A stretch of DNA of 64,000 nucleotides, taken from assembly GCA_965206695.1 (NCBI GenBank), contig CBDBKM010000011.1:1-64000 (forward strand), in the 5' to 3' direction. The notes beneath the pieces were generated by a model. It was not told the origin of the DNA. It saw nothing but the letters and a program-made list of their open reading frames with translations, and ran no database searches. Positions within the stretch are counted from its first letter, which is position 1. Each line of letters opens with the position of its first letter. The position numbers were made by a program, and so were the translations under genes. The DNA is from Chlamydiales bacterium (GTDB lineage: Bacteria > Chlamydiota > Chlamydiia > Chlamydiales > JAAZZY01). Shown here piece after piece: positions 33,001-41,610 of the stretch.

Positions 33001-33340
33001 CGGTCGAGATAACCCAAATGTTAAACCGTATAAAATAGCTCTTTATCATTTACATTTAGATGAATTTTCTAAAAGAGGGGACAATAGTTCTTACATTCTT
33101 GATGTCGATCAATTAAGGCTACATCCTAAATTTCTTACACTCAAAGTTCAAATGCAATTTTTCAATGGACATACAATCTATACGGATAAAGAAGCCGAAG
33201 CCTTAAAAGTATGGATTAAAGAAAAAGGTCTTGATGCCGTAAGATCTTTCTTTGAAAAGGAAATTTTACCTAATAAAGACTATAATGCTAAGCATTATAA
33301 GACCAGTACACTTTACCAACTTTTTCAAACCTTTGAGTAA
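21014..33340 (+). CDS. Giant (4108 aa) candidate effector: OTU-like deubiquitinase + second cysteine-protease-like domain + DUF3638/DUF3645-type P-loop domain
   Basis: EDGHCCFSAF…WGSHEI…DGRHFN; GW…GGHAVLY…FNTGAG…QHSGTCS; MIVGSGKTSVLAP, LIDEIDTILDP, AIPYHG…EGSRF, GFTGT, ALIDVGA, YDQKHTTG, QGSGRMRQL, EVETEKETEVE. Confidence 0.85.
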   Translation: MPLLILNETAKQVTLPFNIKGRALSSRPNKIDLSFVQELPICSAINTTNSKQVKPVFLGSIDPKNELKIKDLAYQVDGAQYNLNDHLDSLTSKDFTFSSESLAKMLTIYFKLTSEIKDLETKNISISADLQQQLHGISINIEHYLNKYVDSYTAEYAESLLQYEKAKKTLETAETVNYLPCLNHFQQAAGLLLELSKQGSDFLDLLSTYQCKTAVHLSLDKPILRLLSDTLGSVKDFRDQQSYTNWFSLGLLDTDHGGGQRLSPREEYDLVHSGLRNIIQQFLEQLDVQKKDKLIEYLESFVNEDSLKNINSFAAYQKNNSLLNLLYHEDFIKSSSLESKIFRLKKQADAISIQKAKQHWAALKGKSKEKLLVSEPGSLEEQVIASPAKRTSFLKLSKKYALNTIVEDGHCCFSAFAFYWFLHLANNKSHLNRAITLVRDNAEAVSDELTERMLDHLNALKASPNKIYDLLNHPQIYEDIVFYLRDLSVQYLKTHDPKIQTNSMQQRLVELYAGSSNPEKIELALKALKSGARWGSHEILWVLGQKFQLPVPLLNPGDKRSDTIKYTVLDAQHANLEESVDFQESHLSQTPHGLIVADGRHFNVISSKASHSALFNPGRALEESHQIRLSEIRRSRQEVLSKEKKNWLNEVEKQKHRESSECSDRTKQYLGLFFLILLSSENVIQMNQKMSFKPPELQRERPLDDEDQALVTPTPTCSLKELVRQNRINQVPEILRKILPENISNRLSSFIQPQSESQIEHGLAIACDAEMEAIALKRHIETLAEMQDPLLKFEKNDMLTSEAKQHMQSYFFEVDRALNDLTTNIPPKASEEDLLQWQSYLYWTKIQLKSLKDAYFEVIDYVPPLETNAGTPKLLKPGKSGPILVKKAENPDTLSNRRGTDIHAFSLSKTPSTSLVNLVSKTFEGNLHSLKQPCHSDERVVDKSTLSTSPSDLEENGSSTVDIRNQSSPFGKGEGCVRQIVNRTLPQISQISDELFLHIIGDLFGEDTQLEGGFVLNTINYIEQAIQTGLIKEETTAEGKDSSTEQLLLETFKISKELTEMFSKSSSISLEQFRSHLIKKIKNLNPGHSLFIGGGWLTFSGGHAVLYDVSKNEVGKLKLRIFNTGAGLDSHSSFEVDGKQFILPIKEIDDISLEDVTSYSLLHSLRQMKTVSNKWGTTQLYDAIIGELGKKVTSKQYPVNELFDPQHSGTCSYRSVMAYLHHFFSNKDLYHRIDFKIKLKTLIDFSESNPLERFIDDEQKRKLLQKAITYFSREVIELHEKSIITDEEFELVSPVLSRIYSKMYQANEKAVLLYANKEKRRTFEVTKKEDNRVYYPFKKEKFDSIDIKGKSHRAPFVCLDQIPPLTEESFFNGLYTFTLKIAHFYENHDFDNAIELIRTLTSQFGFNRDLQPGQINVTKVIERLNKEELSDLGEELNHRCSHILIKSILLTPLRAKTLEPSLFLSQMKIIALMNLLFNRYCHINGLEPQNIFSKELKHILDRKNAYFLLFDPKEEKEFLQLNSLVEKDLPKKKIGFFEFEHLFESTIKDDSIYLPFLDWDYLNTQEFQDHFYSFHGKIFQECSKSEKIALTFCTQYEPRKTPTIHQGNFQLPQLFLDARESCTIADYLLKGPLQLDPHSYTTTYGLDNESIDYECIKRNREDIISIKFFNQSPYVGYYDYDRSEYTAEYGNYNKQSYIFPYLHFKKLRKPISLHSLVQENDIRVIEDDNLLYCPSSFFFFPSIRDIQKIGNQRFRAFNELYSSKTLQIINTLGFFKRHLSSLKNPSYQGSFEQLIFEPTILLQALTYSSDQTHALLKQFSEFIKNGYEFFFSLKDADAMFFFLETSSKLTQYIRHIKTFHPDILSSDYNEELLDISTLIGDSFTLDLSQTQKNQNKALLAIHLGKKINPGKQDLQTIFSSYVYYRTHVKSDINKSLHFDLIKTINKHLLSFKKLLEQNSKEASHIINSIIQQALPYKKHHSWVILKDFPLLTGEDKSIAIDLKKGEVTLKGSVTATIDPAILQDPVFQKFFPKIDDLFIERSGETEFEITTQNNTEYRVLLNKGNRVILQKKYNNQWYQYFHPKEMALSEINEILNSTPLLKLAQAFGFLKTYLKNSLEYNGSTLSALTIPAYFLSQDFSLFFSESSNEVLCCDSKTHLPVYRLDLSRINSDTQVSHVLEKLTLGGEKTGLTLIDLHDPQVNDLFFISRFESRDYTLIWKHHQFKEIKSIEFPRYGLSFNTIKDSENRPLFYSSQYKGYFISKNQFVEGLGNYGNFLVIENKQGKRLVIFPNRPLKKEAEQSSLVTNLPLYENEDKKVSTLTIPLNSQNRFDYYKLELKQKIHLAKIFLSEQIYEEAMDVLQLSRSSIELFSANEQEHLLELISSSKLKDHDPRAIFLQVKSAGLLAKNLADFLPIESYKSFLPEKILSYIPQIKKTYIEYLKIKYPFDRYFLEKNEEIALLNLLTYASDEIRISPIILKRLNKLDPEKYDETITLLTLQRRNQGKTFTDTTSMKELKSYDLDLKQNLSVYAIFMYNGISDQNPFLLLDPKLSIRQFYEFYKLAKNEDLSKDALISLFSKTFQIDLPGNLPLDQIKEEIKKAFHLMYISVLSSEDSHSRCLALTLNAVFHHPQSFPSSEKFPSMLSANDDEKELFFDNIIEKAQAFYTNEITHSEKEPLTIPPLDEPLEVDNISSIPISSKKVEYSRPANSLHLDRLAQPIIPGIFFEPITKLSDQARQEAARFQFQSPSNNPILQNEIDITSEAFTSYQKVEAADSVEYRVKDLVAFGNWIDYLSSTTWEIHKELLDKEINLLMLANKKNNNELKNYRFFGDLLAAMNLKEAKLLFSKRRLSAYREKNPDLSPENCDKLDKAIQDYLLLSTYYQHIQRVIQHSRLFLEKVNHFSSSRQLEARDEQVPSPTFNPLPFLKLGQKYVSHAMHQDFKHMTSKKLTESSPRLQSPSQFNHSNIDESYMSYLVKDLMRIIFTTRHYSIIDHPEYLVFEDAMNMLLYKDQVNNLEIILDNGKQSSASSKNRVLEMIVGSGKTSVLAPIITHQAADGKRLSVFVLPASLFASMSKEIEKTLNTAFRQEMQSFDFNRETKLTSKDLEWIYQELQLCIEKKKILIMTPQSIQSFYLMTIESFYKYLDNNNPKMNSEYHNQIKLYKKILSLFKQKGTVLIDEIDTILDPLKEHHFTFEKQIPNLESIQHAADIYKTITLNPSLKKLLPILNQEKTSRVSKETYHTTFKPLLINALLSGNFIKQDRELNRFLSGEPMIEAVRKFFLNDDYSVFSGISGDYIKNKLALAKEMIESLLPITLLKQPDEHFGLSKRDTHVKIAIPYHGSNNPVEGSRFGTIYETINYTYQLYLKKGIPKDLLLKTIHSLKKQFANESNNRLITGIADSDAFKRFQQFASTAASVNAFINIDNNINYVWELVNQNPQNIISFVDLFILPEIDVFSKHTRVTPQLYTWMFNQVNGFTGTLWNFDSFPEGMQSFPSQKATGKILSNLYKNSFEDVHIIKEASSLKQLVNRIFSLNDGDDIHALIDVGAYFKHFSNLETAHAILHNPIIKKRDPLIKGVVFYDEENNQKILLQEKDRIKIIDYATGVIPKNQLITLYDQKHTTGSNIPQAMKAKGILTIGPQITLRDFIQGSGRMRQLDGGQTVGFVISEEIVSLLNEELNRFLKEKLKSTDSLTLNEIIQFSIIHQSNEKGNNNFRASKAKFDSAIEFSILDYLLSDSIATEALKEVLEKFRDYFILQEDDQPFKQFSSPSKELKKEEVIDQLFRSFHKKTELISAFLKPIPDALFKESNQREFHKKLMETLPSYLLQKDTSYQFEVETEKETEVEMQTEVNKEEAFDFGHDCVNLDHFLWKKEFSDQTPPFPDFLTASPTLSFDSNSPFLTKISVKDLLRKHRMFFKYRPIFDSNLAATQNIIPVTSNEIDMIFHPFSFEMRSSNHALIIQEEGSDTIDWIMLDEKNAAILKDSSSKEITRPGRDNPNVKPYKIALYHLHLDEFSKRGDNSSYILDVDQLRLHPKFLTLKVQMQFFNGHTIYTDKEAEALKVWIKEKGLDAVRSFFEKEILPNKDYNAKHYKTSTLYQLFQTFE

Positions 33341-33496
33341 AAACTAAATAGGTTAATATACGCTTAATGCTTTTTTTTATATAACTTATGCTCTTTCTTC
33401 TAAGATTTTTTTCGCAATTTCCGATAAGGCACACCAATGGGTTAAAAGTTTCTCTTCTTCCATCACTTCAGCTTCAAAATAATCCGCTCCTATATA

Positions 33497-35230
33497 TAGT
33501 GAATTAAATTTTATTTTTCATTTTATTCATGTAAAATATCCGGATGACATATTCACTTGATTTAAGAAAACAAGCTTTAAAATATATTAAAAATGTGGGA
33601 ACACGAAAAGAGGCAAGTGTCATTTTTTCAGTTACGACTCGCACTTTATTAAACAGGCTTTCTCGAGAAAGACTGCAGATCTTAGCACCGAACAAAAGAC
33701 GTCCTAGCCTAAGTAAAATTGATAATCATAAACTTAAGCAATATCTTCAAAAATATCCGGATGGCTATCTTAGAGAAATTGCTCAAGAATCGGATGTTAC
33801 GATACCGGCTATTTTTTATGCCTGTAAACGTTTGAAACTAACCTTAAAAAAAGATCCCGTTCTACAAAGAAAGAGATGAAAAAAAACGACAAGAGTTTCA
33901 AGAAACACTAAAAAATATTCCCATGAAAAATCGTTTTTATGTAGATGAGAGCGGGATTAATAAATATTTAAGAAGGGAACATGTGATACTAAGTTATTTA
34001 ATCTATGAGTGAAAGATTTTCTTATTCCGGAACTTAAACCCGGTCAAGTTGTTATTATGGATAATGCAACTTTTCATAAATCTAAATATTCGCAACAACT
34101 TATAGAACAAGCAGGTTGTCACATTCTATTTCTTCCTCCCTATTCACCGGATTTAAACCCAATAGAAATTTTTTGGGCTAATTTTAAAAAACAGGTTCAA
34201 AAAAATAGGGAATGATTCATAAATTTAGCCCAAGCAATTGATTTTTCTTTTCTAACTATAGTATTTTAATTTTTATTTGATAATATGTTATCCTTCTTTT
34301 TTTATACAAACAGTAAGGACAAAACAATGCCTAGAGCCTATTCAGTAGATCTTCGAGAGAAAGTATTACAACATATAGAAAAACATCATGATAAAAAAAC
34401 AGCCGGCCATATTTTTCAAGTAGGTATCGCAACAATATATCGATGGATCTTGCAAAAAAAGCAAAAAGGACATTTAAAGCCAATCCGCAGAAAATATGCT
34501 TATAAGAAATTAGATGATGAGTTGTTATCTAAATATGTAGAAAAACATCCGGATTATTTTTTATCGGAAATTGCTCATTATTTTTCAGTCACTCCGCAAA
34601 CGATTTTTTATGCCCTTAAAAGATTAAAAATTACACGAAAAAAAAAACTACTCGCTATAAGGAAAGAGATGAAAAGAAACGGGAAGCTTTTATGAAAGAT
34701 TTAAAAAATATTCCCTTTGACAAGAGAATTTATCTCGATGAAACCGGGATTCATCAATTTTTATTTCGTGAGTCCGGAAGAAGCTTACGCGGCAAAAGAG
34801 TTTTTGGAGCGGTTTCAGGAAACCGCTTTATAAGGCAAAATATTATTTCAGCCCTATCTAAAGGGCAGTTTTTATCTCCAATGTGTTTTGAAGGTACTTG
34901 TAATACCGGGTTATTCAATATTTGGCTTAAGGAAGTTTTGACTCCTCAGCTTACACCCGGTAGTGTTCTTATTCTTGACAATGCCGGTTTTCACAAGTCA
35001 GCGGAAAGCAGGAAAACAGTAGAATCTGCCGGTTGTAAGCTTATGTTTCTTCCTCCATATTCTCCGGACTTAAATCCTATAGAAAAATATTGGGCTAATA
35101 TGAAAAATAAAGTTAGAGAGATATTACGAAAAGTTACGAATTTTACATTCGCCATTGATCAAGCAATCTTATCAATGTAAAATTAAATGACTATAATGGG
35201 TATTTATGAAAAATAAAATTTAATTCACTA
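33497..35230 (+). mobile_element. IS630-family element C (decayed, internally deleted), hosting IS630-A copy 2
   Basis: 25-bp TIR TAGTGAATTAAATTTTATTTTTCAT / ATGAAAAATAAAATTTAATTCACTA, TA flanks; MTYSLDLRK…, YVDESG, MDNATFHK, LPPYSPDLNPIE. Confidence 0.9.
34259..35193 (+). mobile_element. IS630-family element A, copy 2 (A10)
   Basis: Near-identical to 18522-19456; TA duplication. Confidence 0.95.
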
Positions 35231-36365
35231 TAGTCAAGGCCAATGTACTTAATAGGTGAATCAGCCAAAGCTTGCTGTATATCGTTTAGGTTATGCAGTT
35301 GATCATCAATAAAAATCACCGGAAGAGGAGCATGATTGATCTTTTTTAAAAAAGCTTTTAAAACAAAATGCTTTTAGAATTACTTATCCCATTGGTAAAT
35401 AAGATGTCTTTACCATACCTTGGATAACTATTAAAGTCGGATTCTAAATAATCAAAAAGAATATGTTCGATAGATGAAAAAGCTTGTAAAAAATCAATCC
35501 CAAGACGCAATAATTCTTGGACTCTAAAATTTGCAATGTCTCTATTATCACCAATATCTCCAATAATGGTGCAGAGTCTTTTGATTAAAATTTCTTTACA
35601 CAGAACTGTTCTAAAAGTTCCGGCATATAATCATCGTCTCAACCAACATTCCTTCGCCTTTCTGCAAGGATCATTTTTCTGCTAATATTCTGTTGTAATA
35701 TATTAAAGAGCTAGTCTTCTGAAAAAAGCTAAATTTTCAGCTGCATGACCCGTATCATTAATAACAGCATCTTCAGAGAAGGTCACATCAAGAATCCAAT
35801 GATCAACTTCAACACTTCAATGGGAACGGATAATTTTTCCTAAGCGTTCGGGAGAAATCGTTTTTCTTCTGAAGTATTTTCACCTACGCTCCTTTTAGAA
35901 AAAACTTCTATAATCGCTTTTATTCCGATCCGGTCCTGTTGTTGTTTTAACCAAGAAAGGTTATACTTTTCTTGCTTCAATCCTTCCATGCCTTTTGTCA
36001 TAATCTATACAACAGTTAAACCCCTTAATTTTATCATTTGCTCTAAGATCTTTTACCTTATTAAAAGCCTGTTGGATCGATATTCTAAATTCTTGAATAT
36101 CAATTTCTTTTTCAATATCATCATATTTTCTCTACTTTCACTTTTTCCTCCAAAATAATTTCTTAAAAAAGAAAACAGGATATGATTTTTTTTATCAAAT
36201 CTTTTTAATCAAAAGACCCTATAAAAACCTCCCCCTCCTTAGAAATTGATAAGCTTGATTTAAAAATATGACATCCTAACTTTCTTTGAGCTGCTTTTTA
36301 GACATATCAAATATTTATCTTTTATTTTATGATTCTTTTTTAAGAGATTTTTAGGAGATATATAA

Positions 36366-36614
36366 GTGAATAAAAAATTTAACCTCGCTCTTTATTATAA
36401 ACCCGGATGCCCTTTTTGTTTTAAAGTTTTAGAATGCTTGAAAGCATTAAAGAAAGAGATTCCCTTGAAAAGTGTATTCGATACCGAAGTCAAACAAGAA
36501 TATCATAATAAAGCACCAAAAACGCAAGTCCCTTGCCTTATGATCGATAACAAACCTCTTTATGAATCCGATGCGATCGTAAAATGGCTAACAAAACACC
36601 AAAAAAATCTGTAA
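36366..36614 (+). CDS. Glutaredoxin-family protein
   Basis: CPFC active site; TQVPCL; LYESDAI; AGGAG RBS. Confidence 0.85.
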   Translation: MNKKFNLALYYKPGCPFCFKVLECLKALKKEIPLKSVFDTEVKQEYHNKAPKTQVPCLMIDNKPLYESDAIVKWLTKHQKNL

Positions 36615-36616
36615 CA

Positions 36617-37877
36617 ATGCATATACCTTTAGCAGAAACACTCCGACCAAAACAATTTACTGAAATAGTAGGTCAAGAACATCTTACCGGTAAAGAGGGA
36701 TTTTTAACCCGTATTGTACATCATAAAAAACCCCCTTTCCATTTTGCTTTGGGGTCCTCCGGGGTCCGGTAAAACAAGCATAGCACGTCTTTATGCCAAA
36801 TCTTTCAATTTAGAATTTATCACATTAAGTGCTGTCTTCAGTAGTATCACAGATATTAAAAAGATTTTAGCTGAGCACTCAAGCCAACCTCTGTTTAATA
36901 AAGGGTTTGTGATGTTTATCGATGAAATCCATCGTTTTAACAAAGCACAACAAGATGCTTTTCTCCCTTTTATGGAAAATGGTTCTTTAATTTTGGTAGG
37001 AGCGACAACTGAGAACCCTTCTTTTTCTTTAAATAATGCTCTTTTATCACGCCTAAGAGTTCTAATTTTAAATTCGCTTACTTATGAACCTACGAGACGT
37101 ATTCTTAATCTGTACGAATCTTCTTTTGAACCCCTTCCTCTTTCGGATGAAGCTAGAGATTATCTTATTAGTATTTCCGGTGGAGATGGACGTTACCTAT
37201 TAAACATGGTTGAAAATCTTCAAAATATTCCTAAAACAGACTCTATCATCGATTTAAACAAGATAAAAAAGGAATTACAAAAAAAGTCTGCTCTTTTTGA
37301 TAAACATAATGATCACCATTATAATTTAATTTCTGCTTTGCATAAAAGCGTGAGAGGATCAGATCCAAATGCAGCTCTCTATTGGTTTTCTCGTACACTC
37401 GAAGGTGGAGAAGACCCTCTTTTTATTGCAAGAAGGCTGATTCGTATGGCATCAGAAGACATTGGATTAGCTGATCCGGAAGCGCTTAAAATAACGATTG
37501 CAGCTCGTGATGCTTTTCAAATGCCGGGATCTCCTGAAGGACACCTTGCCTTAGCCGAGGCTGTTGTTTATCTCGCTTTAGCAAAAAGCAATGCCTTATA
37601 CGCAGCTTTTGCAGAGGCCCGAACATCAGCTAAAAACACATCTCATCTCAATCCTCCCGCTACTATTTTAAATGCACCTACACAATTAATAAAAAATTTA
37701 GGATATGCGAAAGGATATAAATACGATCATAATTGCCCTCATTCTTTTTCAGGTCAAAGTTATTTTCCTGATGATCCGGAACGGGAATCCTACTATTTTC
37801 CCAAACCGGTAGGGTTTGAAAGAGAAATGGCAAAACGCAACGACTATTTTTCTAAGTTCAGAGAAAAATCGGAATAA
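36617..37877 (+). pseudogene. rarA: Replication-associated recombination protein A (MgsA/RarA), +1 frameshift in the C-run at 36731-35
   Basis: PLAETLRP…[65 protein letters not shown]. Also degraded motifs (MPGSPEG; LAKSN lacking the usual P). Confidence 0.88.
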
Positions 37878-37890
37878 ACTAGTTGCCGTT

Positions 37891-39120
37891 TTATGAGCTT
37901 GGTACCCAACCCATAGACAAACAGAGTTGCAAAAATAAAATACAAACCCCTAATAGAACCAATAAATATAAAATAGGCCTGCCGCCCCATGTTCGAAAGG
38001 GACCTTGCATATTTAAATGATAGCGACCTCTATTAACCATTAGAGCAGGTAAGATAATAAAGAGGATCACACAACCGATACTACCCGCGTAATTCAATGC
38101 CGTTAGAAAAGCTCTCGGATAACTAACAGCAAAAATAAGAGGCGGAACAAAAATCAAAGCACATAATAATAATTTTCCATTACCTTTTTTTTCAATTTTA
38201 AAACCATCAGCCATAAAATCAAATAGGCTTAAAATAACACCCAAGAAAGAAGTTACTATCGCACAAAAAGCAAAAATTTCACTAAATGTCGTAATTAATG
38301 GATTATGCAGTAATATTTTAAGTGAATGAGTAGCGGGTTCACCCTGAGCAAGAGCTGATCTTAGACTATTAGAACCGTATTCCGGCACAATGCCCAATAC
38401 GAACCATTCCCAAACCACATAAATAATTAAAGGAAATAAACCGCCTAATAAGATGGCTCCTTTAAGCATTTTCAAATTGCCTTTTAAATAGGTTGTGATA
38501 CTAGGTATGATATTCTGGAAAGTAAAGGACGTCACAATTACCGGTATACCCATTAAACTATACAACCAATTACTTCGAACCAACATCTCATTATGAACAA
38601 AGCTTTTACCTGCAATAATTAATAGAATATAGCCCACAGCAATTCCAACAATAAGAATAAAGTTCGTATTCGCAACCGTTTTTGTTCCGAAATAAACAGA
38701 CGGACCAAAAATCATTAATGAAATGACCACTCCAATCCATTTAGGCAAATTAATACCAAAGATGCTATCAATCATATCCACAATAATTGAACCACTTCCG
38801 GATAAATAGGCAACAGAGACCGAATAGAAAAGAAAAAGATAGGTCGCAAAGGCAACAATTTTAAAAAAACCACCTAAAGTATTTTGTGCCATTGAAATAA
38901 TATTCGCTTCTTTGTCCATCCATAGAACAACTTCCAATATTAAAAAACTCGTATAGGTCATCACAATCCAAGAAATAACGTATAAGATGAGTGCCGGAAC
39001 AAACCCTGCTAATCCGGTTAATACCGGCAAGGCTAACATACCGGCACCTATAGAAGTGCCTGATGCCAATAGGGTCGCCCCTAGAAAACTCGTCACTTTC
39101 GATCGAAATGTAGCTTCCAT
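37891..39120 (-). CDS. tyrP: Aromatic amino-acid permease (TyrP/Mtr family)
   Basis: GTSIGAGMLALP; SFTFQNIIPS; TSFLGV.LSLFDF; about 11 TM segments. Confidence 0.88.
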   Translation of the reverse strand: MEATFRSKVTSFLGATLLASGTSIGAGMLALPVLTGLAGFVPALILYVISWIVMTYTSFLILEVVLWMDKEANIISMAQNTLGGFFKIVAFATYLFLFYSVSVAYLSGSGSIIVDMIDSIFGINLPKWIGVVISLMIFGPSVYFGTKTVANTNFILIVGIAVGYILLIIAGKSFVHNEMLVRSNWLYSLMGIPVIVTSFTFQNIIPSITTYLKGNLKMLKGAILLGGLFPLIIYVVWEWFVLGIVPEYGSNSLRSALAQGEPATHSLKILLHNPLITTFSEIFAFCAIVTSFLGVILSLFDFMADGFKIEKKGNGKLLLCALIFVPPLIFAVSYPRAFLTALNYAGSIGCVILFIILPALMVNRGRYHLNMQGPFRTWGGRPILYLLVLLGVCILFLQLCLSMGWVPSS

Positions 39121-39160
39121 TTTTTGATATGCTTTGAGGATTTGTAAGAATGATAACGTT

Positions 39161-39484
39161 TTATGCGGCTTTAATCTTGATATCTACACCGGCAGGCAGT
39201 GTTAACGTTTTAAGAGCATCTACTGTTCTACCGGTAGGATTTAAAATATCCATTAAGCGTTTATGAGTACGAATTTCGAACTGCTCTCGTGATTTTACAT
39301 TTACGTGAGGGGAACGAAGGACAGTATAAATTTCTCTTCGAGTTGGCAAGGGAATAGGACCTACTACTCTAGCGCCTGTTCTTTTTGCTGTTTCAACTAT
39401 ATCTGCTGTAGCTCGATCAAGAATACGCTGATCATATCCTTTTAAGCGAATTCTTATCTTTTGCCTATCTTGCTTCTTTCCCAT
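39161..39484 (-). CDS. rpsJ: 30S ribosomal protein S10
   Basis: [10 protein letters not shown]…GPIPLPT…[14 protein letters not shown]. Confidence 0.98.
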   Translation of the reverse strand: MGKKQDRQKIRIRLKGYDQRILDRATADIVETAKRTGARVVGPIPLPTRREIYTVLRSPHVNVKSREQFEIRTHKRLMDILNPTGRTVDALKTLTLPAGVDIKIKAA

Positions 39485-39504
39485 AGTTTTCTTTTTTCCT
39501 TCTA

Positions 39505-41592
39505 CTATTTTTTAACAATCTCTTCTTGTATTTTTGCAGGTACACGTTCGAAATGACCGGGTTCCATGGCGTAATTAGCTCTTCCTGAAGATAACGATCT
39601 AAGCTGCGTGGAATAACCAAACATCTCACTAAGGGGAACTTGCGCTTCAATGATCTGTGTCTTTTTAGATGAACTTTGACCCATAATTTTTCCTCTTCGT
39701 CTACTGAGGTCTCCTAAAACATCCCCCATAGATTCTTCAGGAGTTGTAACGTCTACTTTCATGATAGGTTCTAAAAGATAAGGTTTGGCTTTTCTGGCAC
39801 CTTCTTTTACTGCTATTGATCCACAAATTTTAAATGCCATCTCATTAGAATCCACATCGTGATAAGAACCAAATACAATCGATACTTTTACATCGATTAG
39901 ATTATATCCTGCTAAGACGCCGGTATCTAACCCTTCATGAACCCCTTTGATCACTGCCGGAATGTATTCTCTTGGAATAACCCCTCCGACAATCTTACTA
40001 ACAACCTCATTCCCTTTACCTGTTTCATTCGGCTCGATTTCCAAGACAACGTGAGCGTATTGACCACGACCACCACTTTGCTTAACAAATTTTGTTTCTT
40101 GTTTAACAGGATTAGCAATAGATTCTTTATAAGCAACTTGAGGTTTACCAACATTAGCTTCTACATTAAATTCTCTAATCATACGATCACGCAAAATATC
40201 AAGGTGTAATTCACCCATCCCTGCAATAATCGTTTGGCCGGTTTCTTCATCAGTACTCACTCTAAAAGTAGGGTCTTCTTCAGAAAGAGCCGATAATGCA
40301 ACAGAGAGTTTTTCTCTATCCGCTTTTGATTTTGGTTCAATTGCCATGGAAATAACGGGCTCCGGGAACTCCATCTTCTCAAGTAAAAGTGGGGTTCCTT
40401 CGGCGCATAACGTATCTCCTGTACTCGTATTCTTTAAACCAATACAAGCAGCGATATCACCGGTATAAAATGCATCCCTATCTTTTCTTTGATTAGAATG
40501 CATTTCCAATAGACGAGTCACGCGTTCTTTTTTACCTTTCGTCGTATTAATAACGGTTGAACCTTTTGGTAGGGTCCCACTATAGATTCGAATAAAGGTT
40601 AGTCGTCCGACATAAGGATCGGTCATGATTTTAAAAGCTAGGGCCGCTAAAGGCTGATCATCTTTAGGCTCCAGATAAAACGCTTCATCGGTATCTACAT
40701 TAAGTCCTTTGACCTTCCCTCTATCAAGAGGTGAAGGCATCCATCGAATGACAGCGTCTAATAATTGCTGAACTCCTTTGTTTTTAAAAGCTGATCCACA
40801 TAGCACCGGGTTAAATTTGTTGTCACAAACACCTTTTCTTATAACAGCATTAATTTCGTCTTCAGTTAATGTATCCGGTGCTTCTAAAACCTTCATCATA
40901 AAGGATTCGTTGTCTTCATCAATTGTTGCCAGCTCATCAAGAAGTGTTGCACGCATTTCTACGCATTTTTCTTTTAGGTCATCAGGAACATCAGTTACTT
41001 CCCATTCAGCCCCTAATTTCTCATCTTTGAAGATATAAGCTTTCATGATAATCAGATCGACCATACCAACAAATTCAGCTTCAGCTCCAATTGGACAGTG
41101 AACAGGAATAGCATTAGCCCCTAACTTATCTCTCATCGTATGTACCGCATCAAAAAAATCCGCTCCCATACGATCCATTTTATTAACAAAAGCGATGCGG
41201 GGAACACCGTATTTATCAGCTTGACGCCAAACTGTTTCCGATTGAGGCTCTACACCGGAGACACTACAAAAAACAGCCACCGACCCATCTAAAATTCTTA
41301 AAGAACGTTCTACTTCTACTGTGAAATCCACATGTCCGGGAGTATCGATAATGTTGATTTTATGGTGTTTCCAATAGATCGTTGTAGCAGCACTTGTAAT
41401 CGTTATCCCACGTTCTTGCTCTTGTTCCATCCAATCCATTGTAGCTGCACCTTCATGAACTTCTCCAATTTGGTGTACTCGTCCTGTATAATAAAGAATA
41501 CGTTCCGTTGTCGTTGTTTTTCCGGCATCAATGTGGGCCATGATGCCTATATTTCGTACTTTCTCTAAACTGTCCTTATCCGATCTTGGCAT
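39505..41592 (-). CDS. fusA: Elongation factor G
   Basis: [34 protein letters not shown]. Confidence 0.98.
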   Translation of the reverse strand: MPRSDKDSLEKVRNIGIMAHIDAGKTTTTERILYYTGRVHQIGEVHEGAATMDWMEQEQERGITITSAATTIYWKHHKINIIDTPGHVDFTVEVERSLRILDGSVAVFCSVSGVEPQSETVWRQADKYGVPRIAFVNKMDRMGADFFDAVHTMRDKLGANAIPVHCPIGAEAEFVGMVDLIIMKAYIFKDEKLGAEWEVTDVPDDLKEKCVEMRATLLDELATIDEDNESFMMKVLEAPDTLTEDEINAVIRKGVCDNKFNPVLCGSAFKNKGVQQLLDAVIRWMPSPLDRGKVKGLNVDTDEAFYLEPKDDQPLAALAFKIMTDPYVGRLTFIRIYSGTLPKGSTVINTTKGKKERVTRLLEMHSNQRKDRDAFYTGDIAACIGLKNTSTGDTLCAEGTPLLLEKMEFPEPVISMAIEPKSKADREKLSVALSALSEEDPTFRVSTDEETGQTIIAGMGELHLDILRDRMIREFNVEANVGKPQVAYKESIANPVKQETKFVKQSGGRGQYAHVVLEIEPNETGKGNEVVSKIVGGVIPREYIPAVIKGVHEGLDTGVLAGYNLIDVKVSIVFGSYHDVDSNEMAFKICGSIAVKEGARKAKPYLLEPIMKVDVTTPEESMGDVLGDLSRRRGKIMGQSSSKKTQIIEAQVPLSEMFGYSTQLRSLSSGRANYAMEPGHFERVPAKIQEEIVKK

Positions 41593-41610
41593 TTTATCCC
41601 CTTAAAAACA

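Larger units (their letters stand above)
33386..36001 (-). pseudogene. DUF2608-like (HAD-fold) gene, decayed and interrupted by nested IS630s
   Basis: Minus strand VLKAFLKKINHAPLPVIFIDDQLHNLNDIQ…IKYIGLDY|IGADYFE rejoins across the IS at the TA target. The start position is approximate. Confidence 0.55.
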
